DNA from: Spirochaetales bacterium
GTDB lineage: Bacteria > Spirochaetota > Spirochaetia > JABEVK01
Direction: 5' to 3'
Assembly (NCBI GenBank): GCA_037142615.1
Contig: JBAXAI010000006.1
Coordinates: forward strand, 32,001 to 96,000
DNA length: 64,000 nt
Below are positions 37,393-45,486 of the stretch, one piece after another; the stretch's first letter is position 1, and each line of letters starts with the position of its first letter. The position numbers and the translations under genes were made by a program. Under the pieces are notes generated by a model. The model had not been told where the DNA came from. It worked only from the letters and a program-made list of their open reading frames with translations, and searched no databases.

Positions 37393-38876
37393 GCACGAAG
37401 TTCGACCTTGTAATCATCGGCTCCGGCTTGGGCGGCTCGGCTGCGGCCAAGGTGCTGCAAGCGACGGGCAAGTCGATTCTCATCGTGGAGCGCGGCGACT
37501 ACGTGAAGCAAGAGAAAGAAAACTGGGACGTCAACGAGGTGTCGGTAAAGCGGCGCTACGATTCGCCCGAAAAGTGGCTCGACGGCAAGGGCAAGGAGTT
37601 CAGCCCGCGCACCTATTACAACGTGGGTGGCAGCACCAAGTTCTATGGGGGTACCGCGCTCCGGTTCCGCGAGACCGACTTTCAGGAAAGAGCGGTGGGC
37701 GAAGGCCGCACGGTAGCCTGGCCGTTCGCCTATGCCGAGCTGGCCCCGTGGTACGAAAAGGCCGAGGAACTGCTCGAGGTGCACGGGCAGACCGGCGAAG
37801 ACCCTACCGAGCCCCCGAGGGGCGAGTTCCCCTACCCGGCGCTGGTACATGAGCCGACACTGGCGACGCTGGCCGAAAAGCTGAGCCAGCAGGGGCTGCA
37901 CCCCATCCATTTGCCCATCGCCATCGATCAAGGAGTCAAGGGCAAATGCATCAAAGGGAGTCCCTGCGACGGGTTCCCCTGTATGTACCGGGCCAAGGGA
38001 GACGCCGAGAACCGAATTTTGCGGCCCTTGCTCCTCAAAAAGCACCCCAACGTCACCCTGTGGACGAACGCCTTGGTCGACCGCCTCGAAACCTCGCCCG
38101 ATGGCAAACGGGTGGTCGCCGCGCACGTCGTGAAAAACGGCGAGGTGGTGGTGGTCGAAGGCGAGCATTTTATCGTGGCGGCGGGCGCGGTCAACTCGGC
38201 GGCGCTGCTGCTGAAGTCCAAAAGCCCCGCGCACCCCAAAGGGTTGGCGAACTCTTCCGACCAGGTGGGGCGCAACTTCATGTCGCACAACAACACGGTG
38301 CTTTTGGCCCTGCATCCGTTCCGCAAGAACCCGACCAAGTTCCAAAAGACCCTGACCATCCACGATTTTTACCAGCAAGGCACTTTTCAAGGGCGCGGCA
38401 AAGTTCAGCCCGAAATGCTGCAAGGCAAAAAAGACTGGGCGATGCGGACGTTCCGCAAGTTCATCGCGGCCCGAAGCGTCGACTTCTGGGTGATGTCAGA
38501 AGACCTTCCCACCCCCGACAACCGGGTCACGGTTGATGAAGCGGGGCGCATCCATCTGGCTCGCCGCGCCACCAATACCCTGGCGCACCAAGTGCTGATC
38601 TGGAAGGCGATGAACGCCTTGAGCAAAGCCGGCCTGCCGGTCTGTTTTGTCGACGAGCGTGGCACCTCCGCCATTCAGCACCAGTGCGGCACCGTTCGTT
38701 TTGGCAACGATCCGAAAACTTCGGTGCTGGACCAGTGGTGCCGCACCCACGAGGTCGCCAACCTGTACGTGATGGATGCCAGCTTCTTCCCGTCGTCGGC
38801 AGCCGTGAATCCCGCGCTGACCGTGCTCGCTCAGACCTTGCGGGCCGCCGAGCACCTCAAAGCCTCGTTGCTATAG
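37389..38876 (+). CDS. GMC-family flavin oxidoreductase
   Basis: GTG start overlapping the kinase stop; DLVIIGSGLGG, VGGSTKFYG, CxxxxxCDGFPC, HQCGTVRFG, NPALTV. Confidence 0.9.
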   Translation: MSTKFDLVIIGSGLGGSAAAKVLQATGKSILIVERGDYVKQEKENWDVNEVSVKRRYDSPEKWLDGKGKEFSPRTYYNVGGSTKFYGGTALRFRETDFQERAVGEGRTVAWPFAYAELAPWYEKAEELLEVHGQTGEDPTEPPRGEFPYPALVHEPTLATLAEKLSQQGLHPIHLPIAIDQGVKGKCIKGSPCDGFPCMYRAKGDAENRILRPLLLKKHPNVTLWTNALVDRLETSPDGKRVVAAHVVKNGEVVVVEGEHFIVAAGAVNSAALLLKSKSPAHPKGLANSSDQVGRNFMSHNNTVLLALHPFRKNPTKFQKTLTIHDFYQQGTFQGRGKVQPEMLQGKKDWAMRTFRKFIAARSVDFWVMSEDLPTPDNRVTVDEAGRIHLARRATNTLAHQVLIWKAMNALSKAGLPVCFVDERGTSAIQHQCGTVRFGNDPKTSVLDQWCRTHEVANLYVMDASFFPSSAAVNPALTVLAQTLRAAEHLKASLL

Positions 38877-41258
38877 GGTGTGTTCCGTCCGGGCAATGAT
38901 ATCGTCTTGGGTATCGGGCGCCAGGTCGCGGAAGAACGCCGAATAGCCAGCCACCCGGACGACGAGATCGCGGTACTTCTCGGGGTCTTTTTTGGCGGCC
39001 AGCAGAGTCTCGCGCGACACAATGTTGTACTGCACGTGCCAACCCTTCAGGTCGTCAAAGAACGTGCGGATCATCGCCGCGAGCTTGGCCTTGTCGGCCG
39101 GGGTTTCGAGGGTCTTGGGCGAGAGTTTCTGGTTGAGCAGGATTCCACCGAAAATGCGCTCGGCCGGCAGTTTGCCGATTGACTGGAACACCGCCGTCGG
39201 ACCGAGCAGGTCTGTCCCCGAAGAGGGAGAGCAGCCTTCGGCTAGCGGCGTGCCGGCGTGGCGACCATCGGGCGTGGCGCCCACTTCCGACCCCGAAGGC
39301 ACGTTGGACGAAATGCTCGACGTACCCGGATAGTAGCCGCCGCCGCTGGGCCCACGTCCGTAGCGCGTGTTGTGCAGCTTTTCGATTTCGTCGGTGAAGG
39401 CAGCGTAGGCCTCGACCACCAACTGGTCCACTTCGTCGTCGTCGTTGCCGAACTTCGGCGCGTTGTTGAGCAGGCGCAGGCGCAGGATTTCGCCTTGCGG
39501 CCCGGCAAAGTCATTCGCCAGCGCGTCGAGCAGCTCCTGCCGACCGATCACGCCGTCTTCGAACACCAGCTTTTTGAGCGCAACCAGCGAATTGCCCAGG
39601 TTGGCAATGCCCACCTGCAGGCCCGAGACCCAGTCGTACACCGCGCCGCCTTCCTTGAGGTGCTTGCCGCGGCCAATGCAGTCGTCGGTAAAGGTGGAGC
39701 ACAACACGTCGGGAACCAGGTCTTCGAGGGCGGTGTCGACCGCGACGTCGATGGCGACACTGGCACGGGCATAAAACTGAACTTGCTTGGTCCACGCCGC
39801 CATGAGCGCGCGGAAGTCCTGGAAGGTCGTGAGCGAGCCCGTGCCGGGCAAAAAGGCCTTGCCCGACGCGGGGTCCTGACCGTCTCTCAGGGTTAAAATC
39901 AGCACGCGCATAAAATTAAGGAAGCTCATACCGGTGGTGCGGTAGCCCCATTTGCCCGGAACCGCGACCTCGATGCAACCGATGGCCGAATAGTCGCGCG
40001 CGTCTTCCAGGCTGACGCCCAAGCGGAGCATGCCGGGAATCACCACTTCGTCGTTGTTGAACGCCGGCATGCCAAAACCCTTTTCGATCACGCTGACGGC
40101 GCGGGCCAGGAACTCGGGGCTCATGCCCGAATGGTAGCGCACCGAAAGGTTGGGCTGGGTGAGTTTCATTTCGCCGACCGACTCGAGGATGAGCGAACTG
40201 AGGGCGTTGGTGGCATCGTGGCCCTCGCGGTTGACGCCGCCGATGGTGACGTTCTGGTACAGTGGCCCACCACCCGAGGTGCGGGTGTGACTCGACGAGC
40301 GAACTTTCTTGACGCAGGTGAGCTTGATCCACGTGCTGCACAGCAGCTCCTTCGCGGTTTCGGTGTCGATGGCACCGGTCCGCAGATCGTCGTCGTAGTA
40401 ACGGCCTAGGTACTGGTCGAGGCGGCCAAACGACAGTGAGTGACCGTTCGATTCAACTTGCAGCACCAACTGAAGGAACACGCTGAACTGCAACGCTTCG
40501 CGGAAGCTTTGGGGGCGCTTGGTCGCGATCGCCGCGCAGACTTGGGCCATCAGGGCGAGTTCAGCAGCGCGTTTCGGGTCCATTTCGGCTTTGGCTTGCG
40601 CGTCTGCCAAGTCGGCGTAGCGCTGAATGTAGAGGGTCAAGCCTTCCAGAACGTCGAGCATCGCGAGGTACAACTGGCGTTTCTTGAGGTCAAAGAACGA
40701 AGTGGGGTCGAGCGACGCCAGCGCGGCTTTCACCAAGGAGGTGTAGCCCGCAACGCCCAGGTCGAGCGCCTTGGTCAGGTTGATCGCCACGTGGCCGTCA
40801 CCCGAGGTCATGTTCCCCTCGGCCTTGATGATCTTGGTGGCGTGCAGTTCTTCCAGTTCGGGCGAGAGCAGGGCGTGGGCGTGCTCCTGAAGAGTCTTGC
40901 CTCGCCAGTAGTGGCAGATGGCCTTCAGCTCGGCCTTGACCTCGGGGGTGGCAAAGTAGGCTTCGGCGGTGCGCTGATCGATCTCATCGATTTCTTTTTC
41001 GATCCAACCGATGGCGTATTCCGGGAAGATGGCGGCGGCTTTGGGCCGGGAGGCCGTGTTGCCGAGCACCAGATCCTCGGGTTCGATGTAGAGGGTCATC
41101 TCGGCCAGGGTTTGCTTGAGGGCCAAACCGCGACGGCGGACAACGGGCAAAGGTTCGTTTTCGCGGTACACCCGCGTATAGATGCGGGCGCGTTCGGGGC
41201 AGATCGTCGCTTTGGTCGACAGCATCTTGTCTTTGGCACGTTGCATTCGCTCGGTCAT
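38871..41258 (-). CDS. ybiW: Glycyl radical enzyme, YbiW/PflF-like (1,5-anhydroglucitol-6-phosphate isomerase subfamily)
   Basis: IIKAEGNMTSGD.H, ESNGHS, PLYQNVTIGG, GCIE.AV.GKWGYR.TGMSF, DWVSGLQVG, GTSSIS, RVAGYSAFF, IIARTEH match E. coli YbiW segments as I recall them. Confidence 0.9.
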   Translation of the reverse strand: MTERMQRAKDKMLSTKATICPERARIYTRVYRENEPLPVVRRRGLALKQTLAEMTLYIEPEDLVLGNTASRPKAAAIFPEYAIGWIEKEIDEIDQRTAEAYFATPEVKAELKAICHYWRGKTLQEHAHALLSPELEELHATKIIKAEGNMTSGDGHVAINLTKALDLGVAGYTSLVKAALASLDPTSFFDLKKRQLYLAMLDVLEGLTLYIQRYADLADAQAKAEMDPKRAAELALMAQVCAAIATKRPQSFREALQFSVFLQLVLQVESNGHSLSFGRLDQYLGRYYDDDLRTGAIDTETAKELLCSTWIKLTCVKKVRSSSHTRTSGGGPLYQNVTIGGVNREGHDATNALSSLILESVGEMKLTQPNLSVRYHSGMSPEFLARAVSVIEKGFGMPAFNNDEVVIPGMLRLGVSLEDARDYSAIGCIEVAVPGKWGYRTTGMSFLNFMRVLILTLRDGQDPASGKAFLPGTGSLTTFQDFRALMAAWTKQVQFYARASVAIDVAVDTALEDLVPDVLCSTFTDDCIGRGKHLKEGGAVYDWVSGLQVGIANLGNSLVALKKLVFEDGVIGRQELLDALANDFAGPQGEILRLRLLNNAPKFGNDDDEVDQLVVEAYAAFTDEIEKLHNTRYGRGPSGGGYYPGTSSISSNVPSGSEVGATPDGRHAGTPLAEGCSPSSGTDLLGPTAVFQSIGKLPAERIFGGILLNQKLSPKTLETPADKAKLAAMIRTFFDDLKGWHVQYNIVSRETLLAAKKDPEKYRDLVVRVAGYSAFFRDLAPDTQDDIIARTEHTL

Positions 41259-41262
41259 GGGG

Positions 41263-42174
41263 TCATCCTCCAACGGTCAGGGTCATTGCCAGGCTGCCCG
41301 CCGCCTTCTTCCAGCCTTCCAAAGTTTCTTGTCCGATCCGGTCACGGGTGTAGGGGTTGGGTCGGCCCAACTGGTGGTATTTTCCGGCCGCGAGGTCGTG
41401 GTAGGGCAACACATCGACGCACACCGGGCCCAACGAGCGCCGCTCCAACGAGGCGATGAAGCCCAGGATCCAGTCCCGGTCGGAATCCGAATCGTTGAAC
41501 CCCGGAATGAGGGGAACCCGGTACGCGACGTGGTCCGCCTTGTCCGAAACCAGTCGAACGTTGGAAACCACCGAGGCGACGTCGCCGGCTGTCCGCGTTA
41601 AAAAACGCTGGGGATCGAGGTGTTTCACATCGACCAGCCATTGAATGTTGTGCTCCAGAAACGGGAGCAAGACCGCTGACTCGACCGCGAGGCAAGTCTC
41701 AATCGCCACGGGCACCCCCAGAGCCTCCAGCTTTTCGATGCACTGCAGCAGGAACTCCGGCTGGTCGAGCGGCTCGCCACCCGAAAAAGTCACCCCGCCG
41801 CCGCTCTTGGCAAAGAAGGCTTGATCTTTGACCACCTCGCGGACGAGCGCATCGACCTCGACCTCGCGCCCCGCCACCCGAAGCGCCAACGAGGGGCAAA
41901 CGGCCGCCAGCGCGCGGGGCACGGTCTTGGTCCGGTCGGGCTGAATCTTGCCTTCCACCTCGTGCATCGCTCCGCCAAATTGCGGGTGAAGGCAGGCGCG
42001 GCAGCCCACACATCGGGTAGAATCGAAAAGGATCTCGAGTTCCACTTTTTGGCTTTCGGGATTCGAGCACCAGTCGCAACGAAGCGGACAGCCCTTGAAA
42101 AAAACTACCGTCCGGATGCCGGGACCGTCGTGGGTGGAGTAGCGTTGTACGTCGAAGACCAGCGGTTTCCTCAC
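41263..42174 (-). CDS. ybiY: Glycyl-radical activating enzyme (YbiY/PflE-like)
   Basis: QRYSTHDGPGIRT..FKGCPLRCDWCSNPE, ferredoxin insert CVGCRAC...CP, GGVTFSGGEP, LPYH; GTG 42174 preferred because ATG 42201 lies inside the promoter. Confidence 0.85.
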   Translation of the reverse strand: MRKPLVFDVQRYSTHDGPGIRTVVFFKGCPLRCDWCSNPESQKVELEILFDSTRCVGCRACLHPQFGGAMHEVEGKIQPDRTKTVPRALAAVCPSLALRVAGREVEVDALVREVVKDQAFFAKSGGGVTFSGGEPLDQPEFLLQCIEKLEALGVPVAIETCLAVESAVLLPFLEHNIQWLVDVKHLDPQRFLTRTAGDVASVVSNVRLVSDKADHVAYRVPLIPGFNDSDSDRDWILGFIASLERRSLGPVCVDVLPYHDLAAGKYHQLGRPNPYTRDRIGQETLEGWKKAAGSLAMTLTVGG

Positions 42175-42180
42175 ACCCCC

Positions 42181-42230
42181 AGAATAGTCATTAACTTTCA
42201 TATTGTCAATAAAAGACTTTCATGTGAAAA
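42181..42230 (-). promoter_or_regulatory. Promoter TTGACA-N17-TATTCT with CTTTCATGTGAAAA box
   Basis: -35 at 42209-42204, -10 at 42186-42181; boxes at 42195 and 42217. Confidence 0.7.
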
Positions 42231-42264
42231 TGATACGAAGGATATTTGAAAAAAGGAGTCGAAA

Positions 42265-42594
42265 ATGGAAAAGAAGGTTGGTACGTACCGCCATGTGGTC
42301 CTGTTTGGATTCAAGGACGGAACGCCACAGTCAACGCTCAGGTCGGTCGAAAAGGCCTTTGAGGAGTTTTGCAAAGAACTGCCGTTTGTGAAAGGTTTCG
42401 AGGGTGGCACCAATTCGAGCCCCGAGAAGCTCGACCAAGGGTTCACCCACTGCTTCTTGGTCACCTTTGAAGACGCCGCCGCCCGCGACCTGTACCTGCC
42501 GCATCCGGCCCACCAGCGCTTCATCGCCCAGTGGATCGAGCCCTACCTGGCCAAGGTTTGCGTGCTCGACTACGAACCGGGGAAGTTTGAGTAA
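42265..42594 (+). CDS. Dabb (stress-responsive A/B barrel) family protein
   Basis: RHVVLFGFK, GTNSSPE, GFTHCFLVTFED, YLPHPAH, VLDY; AAGGAG RBS. Confidence 0.9.
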   Translation: MEKKVGTYRHVVLFGFKDGTPQSTLRSVEKAFEEFCKELPFVKGFEGGTNSSPEKLDQGFTHCFLVTFEDAAARDLYLPHPAHQRFIAQWIEPYLAKVCVLDYEPGKFE

Positions 42595-42660
42595 CCGCCC
42601 GTGGCTGTCAAAACCAGCGCAAAGTAGTACGCTTCTGGCAACGACCCAAGGAGAAGATCT

Positions 42661-43125
42661 ATGCCCTACGTCGTCGATTTTGTGACCGTTTCGACGGTCG
42701 GCCTGGAAACGTCGCCCGTTGCCGCCGCTCTGGCGGGCTTGCGGGCCAACGAGGCGCGCTACTACCAGAACAAGTACAAGCATGTGTTCACCACCGTACC
42801 CGCTGCTGAGAGTCAGGAGACTCTCGACTACGTGCATAAAATCCTCAAGGACGAACGCAAAATCGAATTGGGCGCCAAGCCGCTTGAGACCTCGCGCTTC
42901 CAAGTGGAAAACCTGGCCATGGCGTACGTGTTCTACGAAAGTGGACTGGCGGTCAACGTGATGTACACCATCGACGAGGCCAAAAAGCGGGCGGTGGGCT
43001 TCAAGCTTTCCGAAGGAATGGAGGTTCCTGCCGAGCTGGAACCGAAGTTCAAGTTCGCGCGCCAAAAGTCAAAGTTGGCCGGAACGATCCGTGGTTCGTT
43101 TTTCGTCATTAAGGGGCAGTACTAG
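42661..43125 (+). CDS. Conserved hypothetical protein (154 aa)
   Basis: AAGGAG RBS, native codon usage, distinctive 'ALAGLRANEARYY.NKY' and 'KRAVGFKLSEG' motifs; function not recognised. Confidence 0.75.
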   Translation: MPYVVDFVTVSTVGLETSPVAAALAGLRANEARYYQNKYKHVFTTVPAAESQETLDYVHKILKDERKIELGAKPLETSRFQVENLAMAYVFYESGLAVNVMYTIDEAKKRAVGFKLSEGMEVPAELEPKFKFARQKSKLAGTIRGSFFVIKGQY

Positions 43126-43129
43126 CCGA

Positions 43130-44380
43130 CTAGAAGTTCACTGGCTGCGAAAAGAACTCATTGATCACCAGACATGCGCCACCGACCATGCCGCGATTCT
43201 CGTCCATGGTCGAGGCCTCGATGCGGACCCGCTTTTCTACCGCAGGAAGGCCGATGTGATTCATGCCGTCGCGCAGGAGGGTCAGAAAGTACTCGCCCGC
43301 CCGGACGTACTCGCCCTGGATGATAATCAGCTCAGGGTCGTTCACCAGCACCACATTTCCCAGGCCCACGACAAACCAGTGCGCCACATCGCGGATCAGT
43401 TCCCGGGAAAGTGGGTCGCCTACCGAGGCTCCGTCGCTGATTTGGGTCAGCGTGAGCGCTTCGCAGGCCTCGGCCGACGTCACGACGGTCGAAGCGATTG
43501 TGCCTAACAGCGACCTGGCACGGGCTCGCATCCGCTTGGCCGACACGAGGGCTTCGAAGCACCCACGGTTGCCGCAAATGCACTCGGGCCCGTTGAGCGA
43601 ATCCAGCGTCAGGTGCCCGACTTCGCCCGAAAGGCTTTGAGCGCCGTGCTTCACCTTGCCCGCGAGCACGATTCCGGCACCGAGCCCCTCTTCGAGCGCG
43701 TCGATGATCATGAAGTTCTCGATGCCATTGGCGAGCCCGCGGTCGCGTTCGGCGATGGCCTGGAACCGGTTCGTACAATCGACGTAGATCGGAAGGCCAG
43801 CGCTCGTGGGGAGCACGCTGACCAGGCCCTTGCGGAACAGCTCGGCAATCGGCAAGTCGCGGCCCCAGATTGGAAAGTGAGGCGAGAAGATCGAAACCCC
43901 CCGTTGGGAATCGACAAGGCCAGGCAGGGCAATCGCGAAGCCGACCAGCCTGCCGCTCGCCTCACCCCGGCGCCCCACGAGCGAAATCACCATTCCCAGT
44001 AGCTTCTTGAGAATGAAGTCGAAGTCCCGTTCGGCGCCGGTATGGTATTCCTCGCGGTCCAGAATCACGGCGTCGAGATCCATGGTCGCCACGATAATGG
44101 AGTCGGGCGTGATGTGAGCGCTCACCACGTAGCCGTAGGCGGGTCGGAAGCGGTACAGCTCCGGCCGTTTGCCACCCTCGTCGGTGGACTCGCCCTTGCC
44201 GACCGAAACCACGAAACCCCGGGCCAGAAGTTGGTCGATGATCTTCTTGGCCGTGGTCTTGCTGAGGCGGATTTCTTCGGAAATCCCGGCCACCGAAACG
44301 ATCTCGCCGCGCCGGATGATCTCGAGGGCGAGGCGTACGTTGTTATCTTTGAGGCTCTTCGGCTTGGACCCTGTCTTCAT
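43130..44380 (-). CDS. ROK-family transcriptional regulator (XylR/NagC-like)
   Basis: N-terminal wHTH with 'GESTDEGGKRP', ROK domain GEVGH...CICGNRGCFE. Confidence 0.92.
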   Translation of the reverse strand: MKTGSKPKSLKDNNVRLALEIIRRGEIVSVAGISEEIRLSKTTAKKIIDQLLARGFVVSVGKGESTDEGGKRPELYRFRPAYGYVVSAHITPDSIIVATMDLDAVILDREEYHTGAERDFDFILKKLLGMVISLVGRRGEASGRLVGFAIALPGLVDSQRGVSIFSPHFPIWGRDLPIAELFRKGLVSVLPTSAGLPIYVDCTNRFQAIAERDRGLANGIENFMIIDALEEGLGAGIVLAGKVKHGAQSLSGEVGHLTLDSLNGPECICGNRGCFEALVSAKRMRARARSLLGTIASTVVTSAEACEALTLTQISDGASVGDPLSRELIRDVAHWFVVGLGNVVLVNDPELIIIQGEYVRAGEYFLTLLRDGMNHIGLPAVEKRVRIEASTMDENRGMVGGACLVINEFFSQPVNF

Positions 44381-45351
44381 GGTAGTTTCCTTGTTGCATA
44401 GTATTGGCTGGCGGACGCCTCCATCAGAAGATGAAAAGCCTGCCCCTCGCTCGAGGTTCCGATGGACTGAAAGCTGGGGGCACCACAAACACCTTGGACA
44501 AGGCCTTGGGCATCGACCTGGCGGTGACAGACCTCGCGCAGCCGTTCTGCGGTTTGCACAAGCTCCACTGTCGCCGCCCCGAGGTGCGCCAACTGAAAGA
44601 TCGCTGTCGCCAGCATCTGGGCCAGGTTGGCCTCGACGAAGCTCGTGGGGTCGTCGAGCACATCGTGGAACAAGCCGTCGGCTCGCTGGTAGGCAAGACA
44701 CCCCGCAATCACCTCGAGGGCCAAAGTCACCAGGCGCTCGCGCTGGGCTGCCGTCCACGTGGTGCCGTTGACGAGGGTCCTCACCAAACCCGTCGCGGCC
44801 CACCCGTTGCCACATCCCCAAAAGGCCTCCCGCTCCCAACGCTGCCGATCTTCGTCCCAGATGTGCGAGTACAACCGGGCACCCGGGTTCCACAACCGCC
44901 CCTGCAAAAGCTCAACCTGAGCAAAGGCCTCGTCCTCATAACCAGCGGCCGCCAGAAACGGGGGTGCCATGTACAGCGAATCGACCCACACCTGGCGCGG
45001 TCCGACCCGATGCAGCAGAACGCCGCCAGCGCCGTGATGTTCAGGCTTCCTGAGCCATTCGAGAAGCTGACCGACGGCGGCGGTGGCAAGGGGCTCGCCA
45101 GAACGCCGCGCCAAGACCAGGGCCCCTTCGCCATTGGTGGCTGGGTCGACCACGTAGGCGGCGTCGCCCATCACGCCCAACCGCCCATCGGGCAACCGGC
45201 GGACCAAAGCCTCCCGAGCCGCCAGTTCGGCCAAGTCGAGGCGCCCCAAAGCTATCAGGGCGTGCGTCAGCAGACCTTGTTCCCAAGAGTGTCGCTGCAT
45301 CGTCAGCAGTGCAAACAAGACCTTGTCTGTCGAAGCGTCAAAACCAAGCAT
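44377..45351 (-). CDS. GH105/GH88-family unsaturated glycuronyl hydrolase
   Basis: QRHSWEQG, QVWVDSLYMAPPF, FWGCGNGW, GLFHDVLD. Confidence 0.8.
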   Translation of the reverse strand: MLGFDASTDKVLFALLTMQRHSWEQGLLTHALIALGRLDLAELAAREALVRRLPDGRLGVMGDAAYVVDPATNGEGALVLARRSGEPLATAAVGQLLEWLRKPEHHGAGGVLLHRVGPRQVWVDSLYMAPPFLAAAGYEDEAFAQVELLQGRLWNPGARLYSHIWDEDRQRWEREAFWGCGNGWAATGLVRTLVNGTTWTAAQRERLVTLALEVIAGCLAYQRADGLFHDVLDDPTSFVEANLAQMLATAIFQLAHLGAATVELVQTAERLREVCHRQVDAQGLVQGVCGAPSFQSIGTSSEGQAFHLLMEASASQYYATRKLP

Positions 45352-45358
45352 TAGGGAC

Positions 45359-45480
45359 ACTATGCTCCGCTGCGATAGTCCTGTCAATTTGTTTTCCAAG
45401 AGTATTATCTAACCCCGACTTTTCCTAATCTAATTATGTTATCTAACATTATTGCATAATTGGGAGTTTGACCTTACGAT
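45359..45480. promoter_or_regulatory. Divergent promoters with two 23-bp ROK-type operators (45391-45413, 45438-45460)
   Basis: TTGACA-N17-CATAGT (-) and TTGCAT-N17-TACGAT (+); operators GTTTTCCAAGAGTATTATCTAAC and GTTATCTAACATTATTGCATAAT. Confidence 0.7.
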
Positions 45481-45486
45481 AGAGCT

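Noticed and set aside
28607-41258. GREs as sulfonate lyases (IslA/HpsG) serving the SQ locus, or as true pyruvate formate-lyase
   Set aside because: Segments match PflD and YbiW; the single-Cys GCxE loop is not the Cys-Cys of PFL; they have separate regulatory boxes and lie about 17 kb from yihQ.
42661-43125. Possible prophage remnant
   Set aside because: No integrase, structural or lysis genes nearby; native codon usage.
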